Numbered from the stretch's first letter, positions 1 through 13,404 are shown. The stretch is 64,000 nt of DNA from Eutreptiella sp. 'Long Island Sound 2002' (GCA_964036045.1 OZ038378.1:20770001-20834000), one strand, 5' to 3'. Made by a program: numbers and translations. The notes: a model not told the origin generated them from the letters alone.

Positions 1-700
1 TGCATCCACCAATTTGCCGCCCGGATGGGAAGGGAACACCCCTGAAGGGCACCCACTCTATGTGGACCACAACACCCAAACAACGCACTACGGGACTCAA
101 ACCAAGTCCCTCTAGGCCGCAAGGCCGGGTGTGTGACCACTCTACTACGACGATGCTTTCATAGCCCTATCCACGCAATCCCCCAACCCTTCCAAGTGAG
201 AACTCCGACAGCCCGCCGACCGTCTTTCACCCCAAGAAATTGCGTGCACACTTTAGCCCGCAGTGCCCCTCCACATCACTCACCTCCGTACTTGGCCAAG
301 AGAGCTCCCTCCCAGAATATCCACTTACCAGACTCACGTATAGCGAATGATGCTTCCTGAGGCGTATCCGGATGCTTCGCTGGAGCACCTGGCCCCTGAA
401 GCCGTGTCCACCTCATCTGAAATCTCCCCCCATGCCGCATCAAACCCAAACTCCATTAGCGACACTGTGTCGCTGCCTTCACCCAACGAAACTGACAGCC
501 ATACCAACTCCGGTCCCAGAACCCGGCCCACCAAAAGGGGAGGGCTCCGCCCTCCCACTCACCAGCCCCCAGAGAGGGCTCTGGCACATACCCAATACCG
601 CCAAGCTGTTAGCAATTTCGTTACCTTCTCAGCCCATGCGCCCTGATCCACCTCACTCTACTTGCCATCAACGACAGTAACCCAAGCAGTTCTATCCACA
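1..700 (+). mobile_element. Probable 3' remnant of an RNase H-bearing non-LTR retroelement (post-RNase H low-complexity tail)
   Basis: Broken frames (QFAARMGR..HPLYV; RTPTARRP; SDTVSLPSPNETDSH) parallel the tail after the RNase H at 41780-42169 (VMAEEGRVSSPLYHV; STPTPRRAP; DTASAVSLHESDS). By-eye similarity only. Confidence 0.3.
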
Positions 701-1510
701 ACCTCATGTTCCACAACCTCATGTTCGACAGCGGTCCCCTCAAGCCCACCTACCCATTTGACTGCCTAACTGGGTGGTGGCCGGGGGGAGGGGGGGGCGG
801 GGGGGGGGGGTAAAACCGTTCCTCCCGTTCAAGCGCATGCCGGGGGGTAAAGGAAGGGCGGACCATTACGCTCAGGAGAGAGTGCATGTGCAGGTAGTGC
901 CAACCGTGGTCTTGCTGAGCACCATCCAACAGAAGACCACAGTTTCGCATCACCTGCAAATCTGCACCATCTGCTGCCCTCAGTCTGTTGTGGAACTTCT
1001 CATCCCCGAGCACCCATCCTCAGCCAGCCAGCTTTACCCCTGGGCGAGTTGCCAGCCCCCCCCCCCCCCCCTCTGAAGGCCCCCACAGAAGGCACCTGTG
1101 CCACACTGAAGAAGCAATGCGATGATACCACATGGAACACAGTCCCCTGCCACTTGAGCTCTGCACAACATTCACCGCATGTTGTCACGCATGGGTCAGC
1201 ACAGCAAGACACTCTGTGTTTTCGAGTCATGCACATGGGCGTGGGAGGCAGCACAGTGCAATAGGTTCCCGGAAGGATTTTAGGACTGTGCTGGCAGGCA
1301 CAGGGCCCCAGATGAACCCCAGACCGTCCACGCCATCAGCCTCTGCAGAAACCGGAGAACTCGTCGGCTGGCAGCCCCCCCCCCCCCACCCACCCCCAGA
1401 GGACGTTCTGTTTAGGCAACCACTTCTGCACCTCCGCCTTCAGATACGCACCCCCTCGAGCACATCCCTGCCCGGCCCTCCCTCTCAAAACGAAAGCCCT
1501 ACTATCACAC

Positions 1511-1746
1511 CGGTCGAAATCCACATCCTCGCGATTGATGAACGCCCGCATTTTGTCAGGGGCCTCCCCGTTGTCGCCGCCAATGATCACGATGGACCGC
1601 AACTTGACAACTTCGGTGAACGGAATGTAGATGATGAGGTCGGCGTCCACGTCAGAGGACATGTACTTCTCGGTGTCCAGCTTTTGGTGCCAGGGCTTGA
1701 TGACGTCCTTGCAGGCGTCGTGGCGGTGCTCATTGAACGCCCGCAC
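1511..1746 (-). CDS. PITHD1: PITH domain-containing protein 1, exon 2
   Basis: VRAFNEHRHDACKDVIKPWHQKLDTEKYMSSDVDADLIIYIPFTEVVKLRSIVIIGGDNGEAPDKMRAFINREDVDFD matches the PITH core (SDxDxxL...IPFT..VKL..I). Acceptor ccgcag at 1752-1747. Tentative donor CG|gtgtga at 1510. Later exons were not found. Confidence 0.9.
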
Positions 1747-2764
1747 CTGCGGTGTGAACAACCACAAATGCCCCCAGAATCCGATCAAGAAGCCTGACCA
1801 TCATCATGCCCCAGCCAAATGGATGGGGCGTTGCAAGACCATTGCGTCAGGGATGAATACAAATGCTACGGCAGGTCCGGTGCTACTACCCACCCTTTGT
1901 GTCACGTCCTGTGCCATCGCATTCATGTATCTGACACTGTAAGAAACCCGCCATCAAAGACCATCGACACCTCCAATCCCCACCCCCATCAACGATGAAG
2001 ACACCAGTGGATATCCATAAAGTTGCCGCGCCCGTACCCCCCACACGCGGCTGTATGACTGCTGCAATCCTGTGGATTGCAGCCGCCCCATCAGCAGAAA
2101 GCGCGTCTGTCTGCGCTTCACGTCTCCCAGTGATCAGCCGATGCCGCAACACCAACAGTCTCTCCGTTCTGTACCTTTGAAAGGCCTTCACAAAGGGGCT
2201 CTGATGCCACTTGGGCCCAGCTACTTGGGCAGCTCCACATAAGGCAGGGGGTGCACCCAATGAGACCCACACCACACATGAAGGTATAGTAGAATTCGGG
2301 TGATTGAGGGGGCATGGGAAGGGTGTCCGGGTGTAACCCCCTTTTCGCACAAGCTGCGGTGGACCGGGAACGTGCACAAGGGCCAGGCAGCATGTTGGTC
2401 AGCGGCTCTGCCGGGGAAAGCAGGGGGTGGGGGTGGCAGTTGGATTGGCCGTGAACAGTCAAGTGCTGTTCTTGACATCTCCGTTAACATTCCAACTGGT
2501 CTACTGACTTCCGTGGCGGCCTCACAAACAGTACTGAGTTGTGCAACTGTATTCCAAAGTACTTCACCGCCCCGGGTCAGTCAGGTTTCAAGTCATCAGT
2601 GAAATGGTAGCTTGGCCATCGGACGACAATGGTCGTCACCCTCTGGACTCTCGCTAGCATCTACCACAGCACATTGCAGTGCGGCGGTGAGGCGGAGACC
2701 CCGCACTTGCAAGGCCCAGAAATCCCTGACATGGCCAGCAATAAGGTACCTGACAACGTTCCTG

Positions 2765-3243
2765 AGGGAAAATGGGAGAATAGGAAAAATCGGGGAAAGG
2801 GGGGGGGGGATATGTTGGTAAAATGGGGGAAATTGGGGAAATATGTGGAGACTGGGGCAAAATTGGGGAAAGATATGGGAAAAAATTCTTCGCCACTTTT
2901 CCCCATTTTCCACCATTTTCCCTCCAGCCATCACCCAGTATACCCACCCCCTGTGCCATCAGTACTGAAAACCACCATTCCCACCTTTTTGGGGGCAGTC
3001 CATCACCATTTTTCCACTTGATCTTGCAAACCGACGTATCTTCACCCATTCCCCCCCATTTTCCCCCAATGACCCCATTTCCCCCCATTTTTCCTCCGGC
3101 CATCGCCCAGGATATCCACCCCCTGTTTCCCATCAGCACTGAAAACCACCCTTTGCCACCGTTTAGGGGGTGGTTTATCGCCAATTTCCCACTCGGTTTT
3201 CCAAAAAATGACACATTTTCACCCATTTGACCCCCATTTTCCC
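2765..3243. repeat. Foldback-like minisatellite of AAATGGGG / CCCCATTT units in PITHD1 intron 1
   Basis: G/A-rich arm (aaatgggggaaattggggaaa, ~2765-2885) followed by a complementary C/T-rich arm (ccccatttttcc, ~2890-3243). Confidence 0.7.
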
Positions 3244-4145
3244 ATATCTCTCGGGGTCATTCATTATATGCCAACACAGTGGGTTTTGGCACTTTTCCTG
3301 GGTTTTCTGAACTTTGGGTCCAATGCGCCAAAATTTCGTTTCCTTTGGGGGGGGGGGGGGTATGTGTATACTTTTTCGAAATCTGTGGGAAAAGGCCGTT
3401 TCAGAAGTGTATGGGTTAACGGGTGTAGGTGGTCACATTTTTGAGCACAGAGCTGGAAATTGGACAATGCACAGGACGGAGCAATGCTCAAGAGACCACT
3501 GAATATTCCGAATCCGAATCGTTGTCACTGTTGCGCCTTTCCACAAGGGCTGGGACCCCATTGGGGCACACATCCCCCTGCTTGTGAATGGGAACATATT
3601 TCTTCAATTTTTCCCAATCCTGCAGCCTGTTTGCCTTGACTGGCACCCACCCTGTGTTGAGTGGCATGGCCCATAGGCTGTCAGTTGTGAGGTGCACAGC
3701 AGACAGAAATTGGTGCTCCTGGCGGGTTCACGCAGGTTGCTTCGAACTGGCAGTACGAAGCTTTTTGGCACGGCTACCAGGCTCACTCCGAGTTGATTGC
3801 ACCCACTTTACACCCCCAGAGCGTGCCCTTTTGCGAACCAAAGGTTTTTGTGGTGCATCAAGGGAGGCAACAGCCTGTGGCGTGAAATTGTATGTGGACA
3901 TGGCAGCTGCCTGTTGACAAAAAGAGGCAGCACGTAACATAGGCTCCGTCCAAAACAGACAAAAAGCTTAAGTCAGTCTAGCATGCAGACCTGGGTGTTC
4001 TAAATAGCCCTTTTCAAGGGCTTTCCGAATATACCCCACATACCCACCCTTGCAGGACACTCAGTGGGCACAAATGAGGCAACAATGGCACCAACCCCCA
4101 AAAACCCACTGTGTTGGTATAATCGGAACCGACCCCAAGAGATAT
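3244..4145. mobile_element. Tentative ~0.9-kb inverted-repeat-bounded element with decayed coding remnant
   Basis: 3244-3289 (atatctctcggggtc..ccaacacagtgggttttgg) is an imperfect reverse complement of 4099-4145. Internal minus frame VPVKANRLQDWEKLKKYVP...DNDSDSE resembles a transposase C-terminus. No TSD found. Confidence 0.35.
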
Positions 4146-4556
4146 TTCGGAATAGTGGCCCAGCAAGGTCCCGGTAGTAGGCCTTGCTCGCAAAAAGGCG
4201 GGGAGTGCCATGAAAACGATACCGACACCGACCAGGGCATGTCAAATGCAAAGGGTTTGCACCATACACATGGGGGGGGGGGGAGGGGTGAAGGTGGAGG
4301 GCCCATGAACGATTTAATGATTTGCTTGAGTTCAACCAGAATGTTCCAGCAGATGCCCCCCTAAATTGAACTGCTGAGCCACTCTGGCGGGGTGGGGGGG
4401 CTGTGCCCACTTCTTGGCTGGCGTCGATGGGCTTCACACGCCATGCTACACGACGCGAGGGTGCTCTTCACCATTGATGATGTGGGAAAATGACAGGGAG
4501 CCAACACATGGCCACAGGTCACTGACGTGGCCGATCACCACATAACACGTGGCCAC

Positions 4557-4712
4557 CTTTGGAGTGTCGATTACGTTGTACAGAGAGTCTTTCACAGCAC
4601 CCGCTTCGTCATCATAGCGGTTGCCATGATCGTGGCCCCCATGGCCACCATCGTGGCCCCCATGGCTGTGGCCCCCACATCCATGGTCTTCATGCTGCTG
4701 TCTGCAGGCCAT
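4557..4712 (-). CDS. PITHD1: PITH domain-containing protein 1, exon 1 (His/Gly-rich N-terminus)
   Basis: 52 codons MACRQQHEDHGCGGHSHGGHDGGHGGHDHG...KDSLYNVIDTPK, donor AAG|gtggcc. Splices in phase 0 to exon 2 (TPK-VRAFNE) across a 2,810-nt GT-AG intron. Confidence 0.9.
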
Positions 4713-4728
4713 AATATCAGAATATCAG

Positions 4729-4752
4729 CCTGAGACAAAGCAACAAGGCACA
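4729..4752 (-). promoter_or_regulatory. Probable spliced-leader trans-splice (or 5'-UTR intron) acceptor
   Basis: Pyrimidine-rich tract gccttgttgctttgtctcAG (AG at 4731-4730) 17 nt upstream of the PITHD1 ATG. Confidence 0.5.
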
Positions 4753-5790
4753 CGTTGGAAACTGTTGGGCCCAAAACAGACAGAAAGGCAGCATTTGCCT
4801 TGCTTGCGCCTGGTGCGCCAGGTTATTGCACAAGTACTCTCTAACACCCATAGAAATGCGTGTAGCACTAGACAGGCCTGTGCTGCTAGGGCTGCAAGCA
4901 CCCCAACATCTCGCGGCCTGTTTGGTGGCATTTGACAGATTCCGACATTATTAGGATGGGTTTTGGTCATCACTTTGGTCACAATGGGTTTCGTCTTAAC
5001 ACCAATTAGCTGTCTGAAGCGGTGATTATGGATGCTGGGTTGGAAACCATGATTTTGGTCCGAGAGCCCAGGTGCTTGACAACTAGACTACCCTCTAGCA
5101 AACAGTGTCAGACCTGCCATAACAGACCATCTGTGGCCCCAATGGTTGCCATGTGACCCATGTTTCTGCATGCTGGTTTCCCCGAGGATGCGAGCATGTT
5201 TGAGAAATATGTCAACTCATGGGTCGAAGGTAAACTGATTTTCCCAAAAATGAGCCATGGGGCAAAAGGCGTGTCATTGGATCATGAAAGCCCAGTTGTG
5301 ATATTCCGTGGAAACGTCCAGAAGAAGCACCAAAAAAGGCCTTTTTCGGGACCCAAGAGGGTCTAGTCTAAAAAGAAACTGAGTCTCACATGACTTGCTT
5401 CAAACCCCACCATACAGACAGAAGAAAATCAGTCGTCTGCTTAACATGCACCATGTGTGGCAATCATCACTGTAGCCCAAAGCCGAGCTCATGCTGCGAT
5501 ACCAGGTGTTGTTAATACGTGTGCTGAGGCTGCCGTTGGCCTCACTTGGTGATGGAGATCATTGATTGGTGCTCAATTACCCCCCCCCCTTGCGCAAGCA
5601 CGCTGAAAGTCAGGAAAACGACGGTAACACGGGCTCATGTGCTTAGACAAGGCCGTGCTTGCGCGCGGCGCGCGGTATCAAAAGAACGTATGTCACCGGA
5701 AACCTGCCCATACCTCACCCTAAGCACAACTGTCGCAACAGGGCACTACAACACAATGTGCAGGCAAATTTCAGCGAGTTCTGGAGGTCC

Positions 5791-6730
5791 TCACTGCCCA
5801 TCAGGGCCATCAGGAGCTGTGGAATAGAAGCCCTTTCCCACCTTGCGCCTCATCTTGAACAATTGCACATGCTTGCCCTTTGGGGCAGGCTTTGGAGAAG
5901 GCTTGGCTTCAGGTTTTGGAATGGGTTTAGGCTTCCTATTCCTTGGGACAAAACTGTCATCAACAATATCTTTGGTGAAGTAAAGCTTGCCCTCAAACAC
6001 ATGGCCAAGGCCCCAAATCCCACGGCCCGCTTTGGCCCACACAATCTGCACTTCATCATCCTCCTCAGAATCTGAGCAAGACAATGAATCATCCGAAGTG
6101 AGAAGCTCTGAGTCAGAATCAGTGCCACTGTCATGCTCAGAATCAGAATCGGAGTCGGGCTTCGCATTTGCCGCGTGGTGCTCCGGGAAATCAACATCCT
6201 CCAATTGGCTCAACTTTAGGCCATTGGGGAAAATTGCTTTCCGCATGGCGGAGCGCAACTCATCATCGGAAATTGCATGCCACGCTTCTTGAACCCACTT
6301 CCCAAACTGTGCATGGGAAGGGTGAGGGATTGCCTCGGTGTCCTTCAGATTTTTGGTCTTTTCGATCACCCATGGAGCAAAGAGTTCCTCCATCTCAATA
6401 TTCATTTTTTTGTTCACCTCATGCTTGTCACATGCTTGAGCCCACATGGTACTATTAGGAGGGGACACATATAGCGGCGCACCCCTCTTGCGCATAAGTT
6501 TACAAACTGAAGCATGCATGTGTGATGGAGCTCCATCAACACAATATATACACTTCATCTCCACAAAAAACTGTTCCAATGTATTGTCCATGATGAAAGT
6601 CATCACTTCTTCATTGGTTTTCCCCTTTTTGGCCACCGTCGCAAGGACACCACAGTGTTCCCTATGCCTAGCATCCCTTTTCAATTGATTTTCGATCTTA
6701 CCGCGCGGTTGTCCCTTCAAGGGGGGCGGG
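5791..6730 (-). pseudogene. 5'-truncated pogo/Tigger-like DDE_1 transposase with acidic and Lys/Pro-rich tail
   Basis: LKGQPRGKIE...NEEVM...YCVDGAPSH...SPPNSTMWAQACD...KWVQEAWHAIS motifs typical of pogo-family DDE_1 domains. N-terminal HTH absent. TIRs not found. Confidence 0.75.
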
Positions 6731-8619
6731 GGTACCCTTCTTGTGAGGGCCCATGGCTGCACCCATGAACAAATGAACCTGCAACTCAAAGACTGGGAAT
6801 CCCACGGGGCAATAGCGTTCTGGTACTGCCCCCCCCCCCTCCCCCACCTTGTGAAAACTGGGCGGCTTAGGGCAATGGTTCACTCACGCCCCGAAAAAAA
6901 CATACCTAAATAAGCCCCCCCCCCACCAGCCCAGGGAAAATCAACAAACACGTGGCATAGCATGACACAGGGTGGCATACACAAATGACTATGAAACCAA
7001 ACATAGCAATGTGTACTCAGGTCGACTTGGAGATAGGCTCCGTGTGCCACTGTTTTTTGCCTGAATACTTGACCTTGAGGCAACTGGAATGGGCTGACCT
7101 GCTGCAAAGATGGGGTGGTCCATGGGGTTGTACGGCATGTAGGAGAGGCATGCCACAGTCGTCGTGGTCCCAAGGGAATGCTGGTGTGCGTCGAGTTCAG
7201 ACAGGGTGAGCACGGGGATGGGTGGGCCAAGAAGTCAGAGGGGCAGCAAAGAGAGGCCAGCATTTCAGAACGCGTGAGTCACAATCTTGATAACGAACAG
7301 GTCAGCCAAGCTGCTGCTAAGCACAAACGAACGATTATGGGGCGCAGAGGTGAACAAGAGCGGAGCCTGTCGGGCCAATTGAAACCTGGTGTGTTGGCAC
7401 CGGGAGGCGGTGTGGCATTATCTCCCAGGCACTGTTTGTCTGCCACAGCATAGGTGACTGATACAAAGGAACACATCTCCTACCACCTGACAATGGTGGC
7501 AGGGAAGCGATTGTCAGAGGATTAGGGCAATGTCCAAGGGCGGCAGAGGAAAATCGTGGAAAGAAGCTTCAGATCGCCTCCTCATGCAAGTAGGCATAGG
7601 GCGCCCGGAGCTATGCGCCCTTGATCTGCAGCGAAGCCGGCCCCGCCAGGTGAGCACAACATGCACTCCATCATAATTCAGGATGAGCAGCATATGCAGG
7701 GGGGATGCTTGAATTGGAAATGGATCACGTGCTGAATCTTTGAGCACCTGAGCATTCCAGTGTTGTGATTGACACCTGACACCATACCCCTTCCTCTGAA
7801 AGGAGGGGGGGCGTAATGTGCATGCAAAATCTCTCCCCGTCCTGCCCCTGGTTTTGGGAGTATTTCTGGTACCAACGGAATGGTCTCATCCTCAGCGTTG
7901 TCATCGCATAGGGGGGGGGGGGGGGGGCAGTGATAAATCATGTCTATGACACGAAAAATTATGTCCCTATCTTAAAGGCATGACACAGATCTTGCAGGCG
8001 AGTGAGGGGGAACCCCCACCCAGGATTACATTGATTCCCATCAGCAAATATTCCTGTCAGTCCGAGGATGCACATCACGGAGCCCAGCGCATGCCCTGCC
8101 CCCCCTCTTTGGTACTGGTGATTCACACAAAGAAGACACGTGCAGCAGAGAACAAAACAATCAGCCATTGACTTGGACTGAGCTACTCCCGGAATATGCG
8201 AGTCTCGTAGGTTTGGGTCTGCCACGGGAGGCCACTGTGGCAGCCCTCCGCAAGGAAGGCCCTTGCCGCAGCTCAACAGGGGTTGAGGTAGACCAGTGAT
8301 GTACCCTGAGAAGCAAGAAATACGTCACCGAGGCACAGCGTCATCTGGGTAACCCGAAAATCCTTCAAAGGCACACCCAGCAACTATGATCAAAGCTCAG
8401 TCGCACCCCCAAAGTCCCCTAGCGCTTGGTTCAAGCATCTACTCACATCTGCTGAGCAATCCCTTTTGCCAATGTTCCAGGCTTCAGACCCAAGTCTGAC
8501 TGCAAAACACCACACCCACCTGGGCCTGAAAATGATGTCCCGATGACCCAAATAGACCCAGAATCAACAGCAAGACTCATGGAGTTCCAAAGCCCAGCTC
8601 TTGGGCAGACATGGAAATG

Positions 8620-9280
8620 GCAAGGCTCGGAACAGCGGTTAAAGTCTGCCTGGCGCGCGCCCGGCACTGCGACGGTCCCCCACAAAGGCCAAGATTAGAT
8701 GAAGCAGAGAGATTGGATCTGTTGGATAGCGTCAAGACAAAGGCATGCAAGAATATTTACACCGATGGGTCTTCAAAGAAGGACCAGAGCGCGGGATTCG
8801 TGGGATATGGTACATCTACAGAGCTATGAGAGGGCAGGGGGATGGATAGGGCAGCAAATGGCTGGCGAAAAGGTGACCCCCCACCTCCTTGAGTCAGCGT
8901 CATGTTTGTGCTCAGGTCAACAACGGCCAGACGGGTACCTTGTGCTGGGCGAGCGGGTACTTCGCCTGTGCTTCAACAAGAGGGAGGCTACACGAAGTCT
9001 CACGCGCGCTGACAAGCGGTCACTGGCGAGTGGGAAAGAGGTTTGAGATAAAATCGGGCGGTTAGAAACGGTTGGCGAGCATTTGGAAACGGACGGAAAG
9101 GGTTGGCGCCAAACAGATCCTCCGTCCTGGAGGAATCCATCAGCCCCTTCAAGCACAGGCTGGGTGCCCCTCCACCCACGCGTTAACCCGGCGGCAACCG
9201 TGCCGGGTCCAGGAGTGAGCGCCGCGCCATATTATTGCCCTGGATCGCTCCTAAGGGGTTCCGCACCGGAGGTTGTGGGG
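8620..9280 (+). pseudogene. Decayed retroelement segment with RNase HI N-terminal motif
   Basis: LDLLDSVKTKACKNIYTDGSSKKDQSAGFVGYG (first catalytic Asp motif), then truncation and a broken plus-strand frame of unknown identity. Confidence 0.55.
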
Positions 9281-11106
9281 GTGGGGGCGTCAATGGGTTG
9301 GGCTGCGGAGTGATGGAGAGCTGAATCGGAGACTGGCCCGCCAGATTGCACGGCAGCCCTGTGATAGGGGGCAATGGCCCAAGCCACGAGCTCCGGCGGG
9401 GCGCCCCAGGGGGGCGCGACAGTTCATGAGGCGGCGTCGCAGGAAACGAGGCAGAACCCACCACGCCTTCCTTGCGTGGGCTCTCATCGGATGGAGGGGG
9501 GGCGTCGCAGATGATCCCAGAGAGACGTGGCTGTGGAATTGCTGGTTCGGGGCTGGAGCCGGTGGTGGCTGGTGGGCTGTCATTGTCTGGGGACAGGATG
9601 ACACAGGGATTGCCCGGCGACAGTGCAAGGGACGGCACTGGGGGGACTAGGGCCGGGCGGTGTGTGGAGGCGATGGTGCAGGGGATGGGAAAAGGAGAGG
9701 CAGCGGTGGAGTCCCCCCCGCCCTCTGCACAACGACCAGAACTGTTTCACCGCTTAACTAGAGGGTGTTCGTTTGGAAAAAAAGCACTGTTTGGAACCGG
9801 GACAGGTGGTTGTACAAGACGGTGCACACTTCTGCAACTTGCCAGTGAAAATGTGTGCTGTACCCCAGACACTTCTGGCTGCCTTTGCCTGAACAATATC
9901 ACACTCATCGTTCAGTGCCAGCAGCACTTGCACCCCATACTCCTCAGAACCAGAAGTGGCAGAGCAGTGCAAAAAGTTTGCAGGTCCCATCCATATTGGA
10001 ATCGGAATCGGAATCAGAACGGACAACTGAGACGGTCATCGCACCTGCCAATTTCGTCCTACCTGCCTCAGTTTTCGTCCTGCATGCCTCAATCTTAAAC
10101 TAACACGCATCAACGTTCGTCCTCCATGCCCGAAAACTTGTCCTACAACCACCACAACTCGTCTCACATCCATGAAACCACAATTCTGTGAGGAAAAAGA
10201 ATAGTGTCAGAAAAGGCGCCGCTCAACTAGGGGGTGGTGGTGGCACAATTGGTCATTGCATGGTGGACGTGGGGGGGGGTCAACAGAGATGGTATGGGGA
10301 TAGTACAGGGAAACTGCCGGAGTTGTGTTTCACAGAACCAGTTTATATGCCGTCCTAGGCAAGCAGCAGCAAGCGGCAAGCAGGAAGCGGCAACAACAAC
10401 CACAACGGCATAATCAGCTCAGCTATGCTCTGCTGGGGGTGGCAGTGATGGCACCGAGAGGCGACTTCTAGAGATGTCTCACAGACAACTACCAGAGGGT
10501 TGACAGACGCACAGGATAGAAGGGTGGGGTACATGAGGAGGCAGTTGAGCCACACTAAGGCTCAACCAGTTTGCCACTGCCGCATTGTTGCTGCCTGCGT
10601 GCAGCAGAGTTACCAAGCCTACAGCCATAACGAGCAGTGTGAGGCCTTGCCCTGGGTTGTGGAAAAGGCAACCTTTTGGCGATGGGGATGCCGGTAGATC
10701 AGATGCTTGTGGACAGCCACAATTTTATCCCGGATTCACCCGGATTCACGGGTGCTGGACAGTTCAGTGGCCTGTCCATCCGGTGGTACAGTTTTAGCGC
10801 AGGGGACCCCACCCCTTCCCAACATGCCCTCATGCCACACTTTACCCGGACAGCACTCATGGGTGCCTCTCAATGTGAGGCCACAGCAGTTCGTTCCGGA
10901 CCCTTGCCAGCCCCAGAGCACACCAGAAAAATTGCCACCCTTCCAACCAACTGACCATCCCTTCGGAGCACACAACACAACACCAAATCTGCCAATTCAA
11001 ACTGCAAAGCAGTGATATTTGGTGTGCTTCATAAACAATTTTGTGCCGACAAGCGTGTGGGTCACGACGTTCAGCACAATGATTTTCTGTACGTTCACCA
11101 CGAACT

Positions 11107-11272
11107 GTGGTGGTGGTGGTGGTGGTGGTTGTGTGTGTGGGTGTGGGTGTGTGTGTGTGTGTGTGTGTGCGTGCGTGCGTGCGTGTGGGTGCGTGCGTGC
11201 GTGCGTGCGTGTGTGTGTGTGTGTGTGTGTGCGGGTGTGTGCATGCGTGCGCGCGCGCGCGCGTGTGTGTGT
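11107..11272. repeat. Compound microsatellite (GGT)n-(GT)n-(GTGC)n-(GC)n
   Basis: Read directly from sequence. Confidence 0.95.
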
Positions 11273-13404
11273 TGGTGCGTGTCCTTTTGATAGCACACCT
11301 CATCCCGCACCATCATCTTGTGTAGTTGTGCAGCAGCCGTGTTGGTTGCATCAGCAGTGGTCACGTGGTCCATAAGGGGGGTGACAAATGTGCCTCCAGA
11401 TGCTGAACTGTGTAATGAATTGTGCACCAACTAATGTAACCCATTCACATTCGCAATGCCCACTGCTGTTGTCATTTGCATTGCCATCCAGGTCACTAGA
11501 GCAAGGAGGACCAGAATGGCTGCATAACCCCGGCTACATCAGGGTTCGCAACTTGATGAGGATTCATGTGGGCTGCCGTATCGGAGTCCTCAAGGAGGGG
11601 ACGTCTTGGATAGCACTTGGAATAGCATTGGTTGCTTGTTGGTTGCGGGTGGTCAAGCCTAAGAAGATGCCTGGGGCGCTCCCGGCACGGTGACACCCCC
11701 CCTGGGCTTGTGGGACAGCTTCTGTGGAGGAGGAACTTGGATCAAAGGCATACCACTGACGGGCTGGGGCTGGGCAGACAGTGCCTGGTCAGTATGAAGG
11801 GATCTCGGACTTTGGCTGCTGGTCTGCTCCACTGTGTGTGTGCCCTGGTCCACAGTTAGGAGGGGCTCTGCAATCTGAGTGGGGCTTGCTGACGATGGCG
11901 AGGGCCCTACACAGACGTGTGGGAGACGTAGCAAACTGCCATTACGAAACATACCATGAGGACAGGAAGTGCACGGGTATCTGCTTAGGGGCTGTTGCCC
12001 TGGTCGGTGAGTACTAACCCCAGACGGTCATCCCCCGACACTTCTACTCACTGATATACGGGTGGCGTGATAACTCTGCCTCAGCTTTTGTGGAGTGCAG
12101 TGCCAACGTAATACGACAACCTCCCACCCTGACGCACTCCGACGTCTCATCCTCGAAATTGCATTTGTTCACAGGTTGAGTGTCTTCAGCAGCCCGTGTC
12201 TGCACACCTACCGCTAGGGGGGTAAAAGGGGGGGTGAACGGAGGATTAGATTTGTTGACTCGAGTCGATCCTGTCGCTCATGCTGCTCCACCGGAACTTT
12301 CAGTTGCCCTGGACTTGTGGCTGCAGGTACACTTTGGGTTGGCGTGGTGATTCAGGCTTTCCTCTCCTATTGAGTATAACGGAATGGGGCAGCTAAAGAT
12401 TGGGAGTGCAACGGTGCAAAGGACCCAGACAAATACACGACACAATCGGTCTATCATATTGGCGTGTTGACAAGTTTCAGATATACATGACCGACGGGGA
12501 CCGAGCCCCTTCCCCTCCGAAGAAAGCCTGGGCCGAAGCACAAGCCCCCCTCCACCCCGGCCCTGAGGAAGGGATGTTCCAGTTGGTCGAGTCCCAAAAT
12601 CCTGAACCCCAACCGCGGCCAAAACATCGCCCTTCAACCGTGACCAGACCACCGCATCCACGAAAATGGCACTTTCGGGAAATTGCACGTCAACGGGCTT
12701 GCAAAGTCATCAGGTGCCCTGCCAAAAAGACATGATCAGTCCAACCGCCCAAATTTTCGCCTTCGGGTTTCACAACTGATCAACGGCTCTATCAACGCGA
12801 CTTCCGCAAAAGGCCTGCAGCTGTTGTCCAGGCCTTCCGGGGCCAGACTGGGCACATGGCCGCACTGCAGCCTCCACCTCATGCCCAGCCCTGGCCCAGG
12901 CTCACCCGCAGCCTCCCCAGTCTCAGGGATTGAATCGTGCAGTGGTGAGCTCGGAACAAACCCGTGGAGGACTGCGGCGCGGGTGCTGCTTGTTCCAGAG
13001 CGCCGTTCCGGGGGCACAGATGGGACCAGTTGTTGAGGGCCGCACTGTCCAGCGGCGCAGCGTCCGCACGCTCCTCTGCCTGAGCAAAGCGCACACAAGG
13101 CCCACGGGAGTGCGGGTAGGCTCTGGGCTGTATGCGACTGTTTCCTGTACGCAAAAGGCCCTAGGGGCCCACGGATTGCCTGCTTTGAAGGCAGAGGCAC
13201 ACGTCACTCAGGCGAAGGTCACACGACACTGCAGGCGTGGCACACGCCCTGTGGGCGACAGGGCTCCTGGATGAAGGGCGAACGATAAGGAAGGACTGGT
13301 ACTGGGCTGGCTCTAGGGTAAGTCATCAAAGGCCACTTGATCTAAGCGATGACACGGGGCTGGGACTGAGGACGTCACACGTGACATGTGACACGCGACA
13401 TAGG

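Noticed and set aside
5575-5670. Left TIR of the 5.8-6.7-kb pogo
   Set aside because: Matches another short repeat (44335-44385), but no partner end was found upstream of the transposase.
10857-11430. His/Thr-rich and Cys/Val-rich ORFs
   Set aside because: Translations of GT/GGT microsatellites.
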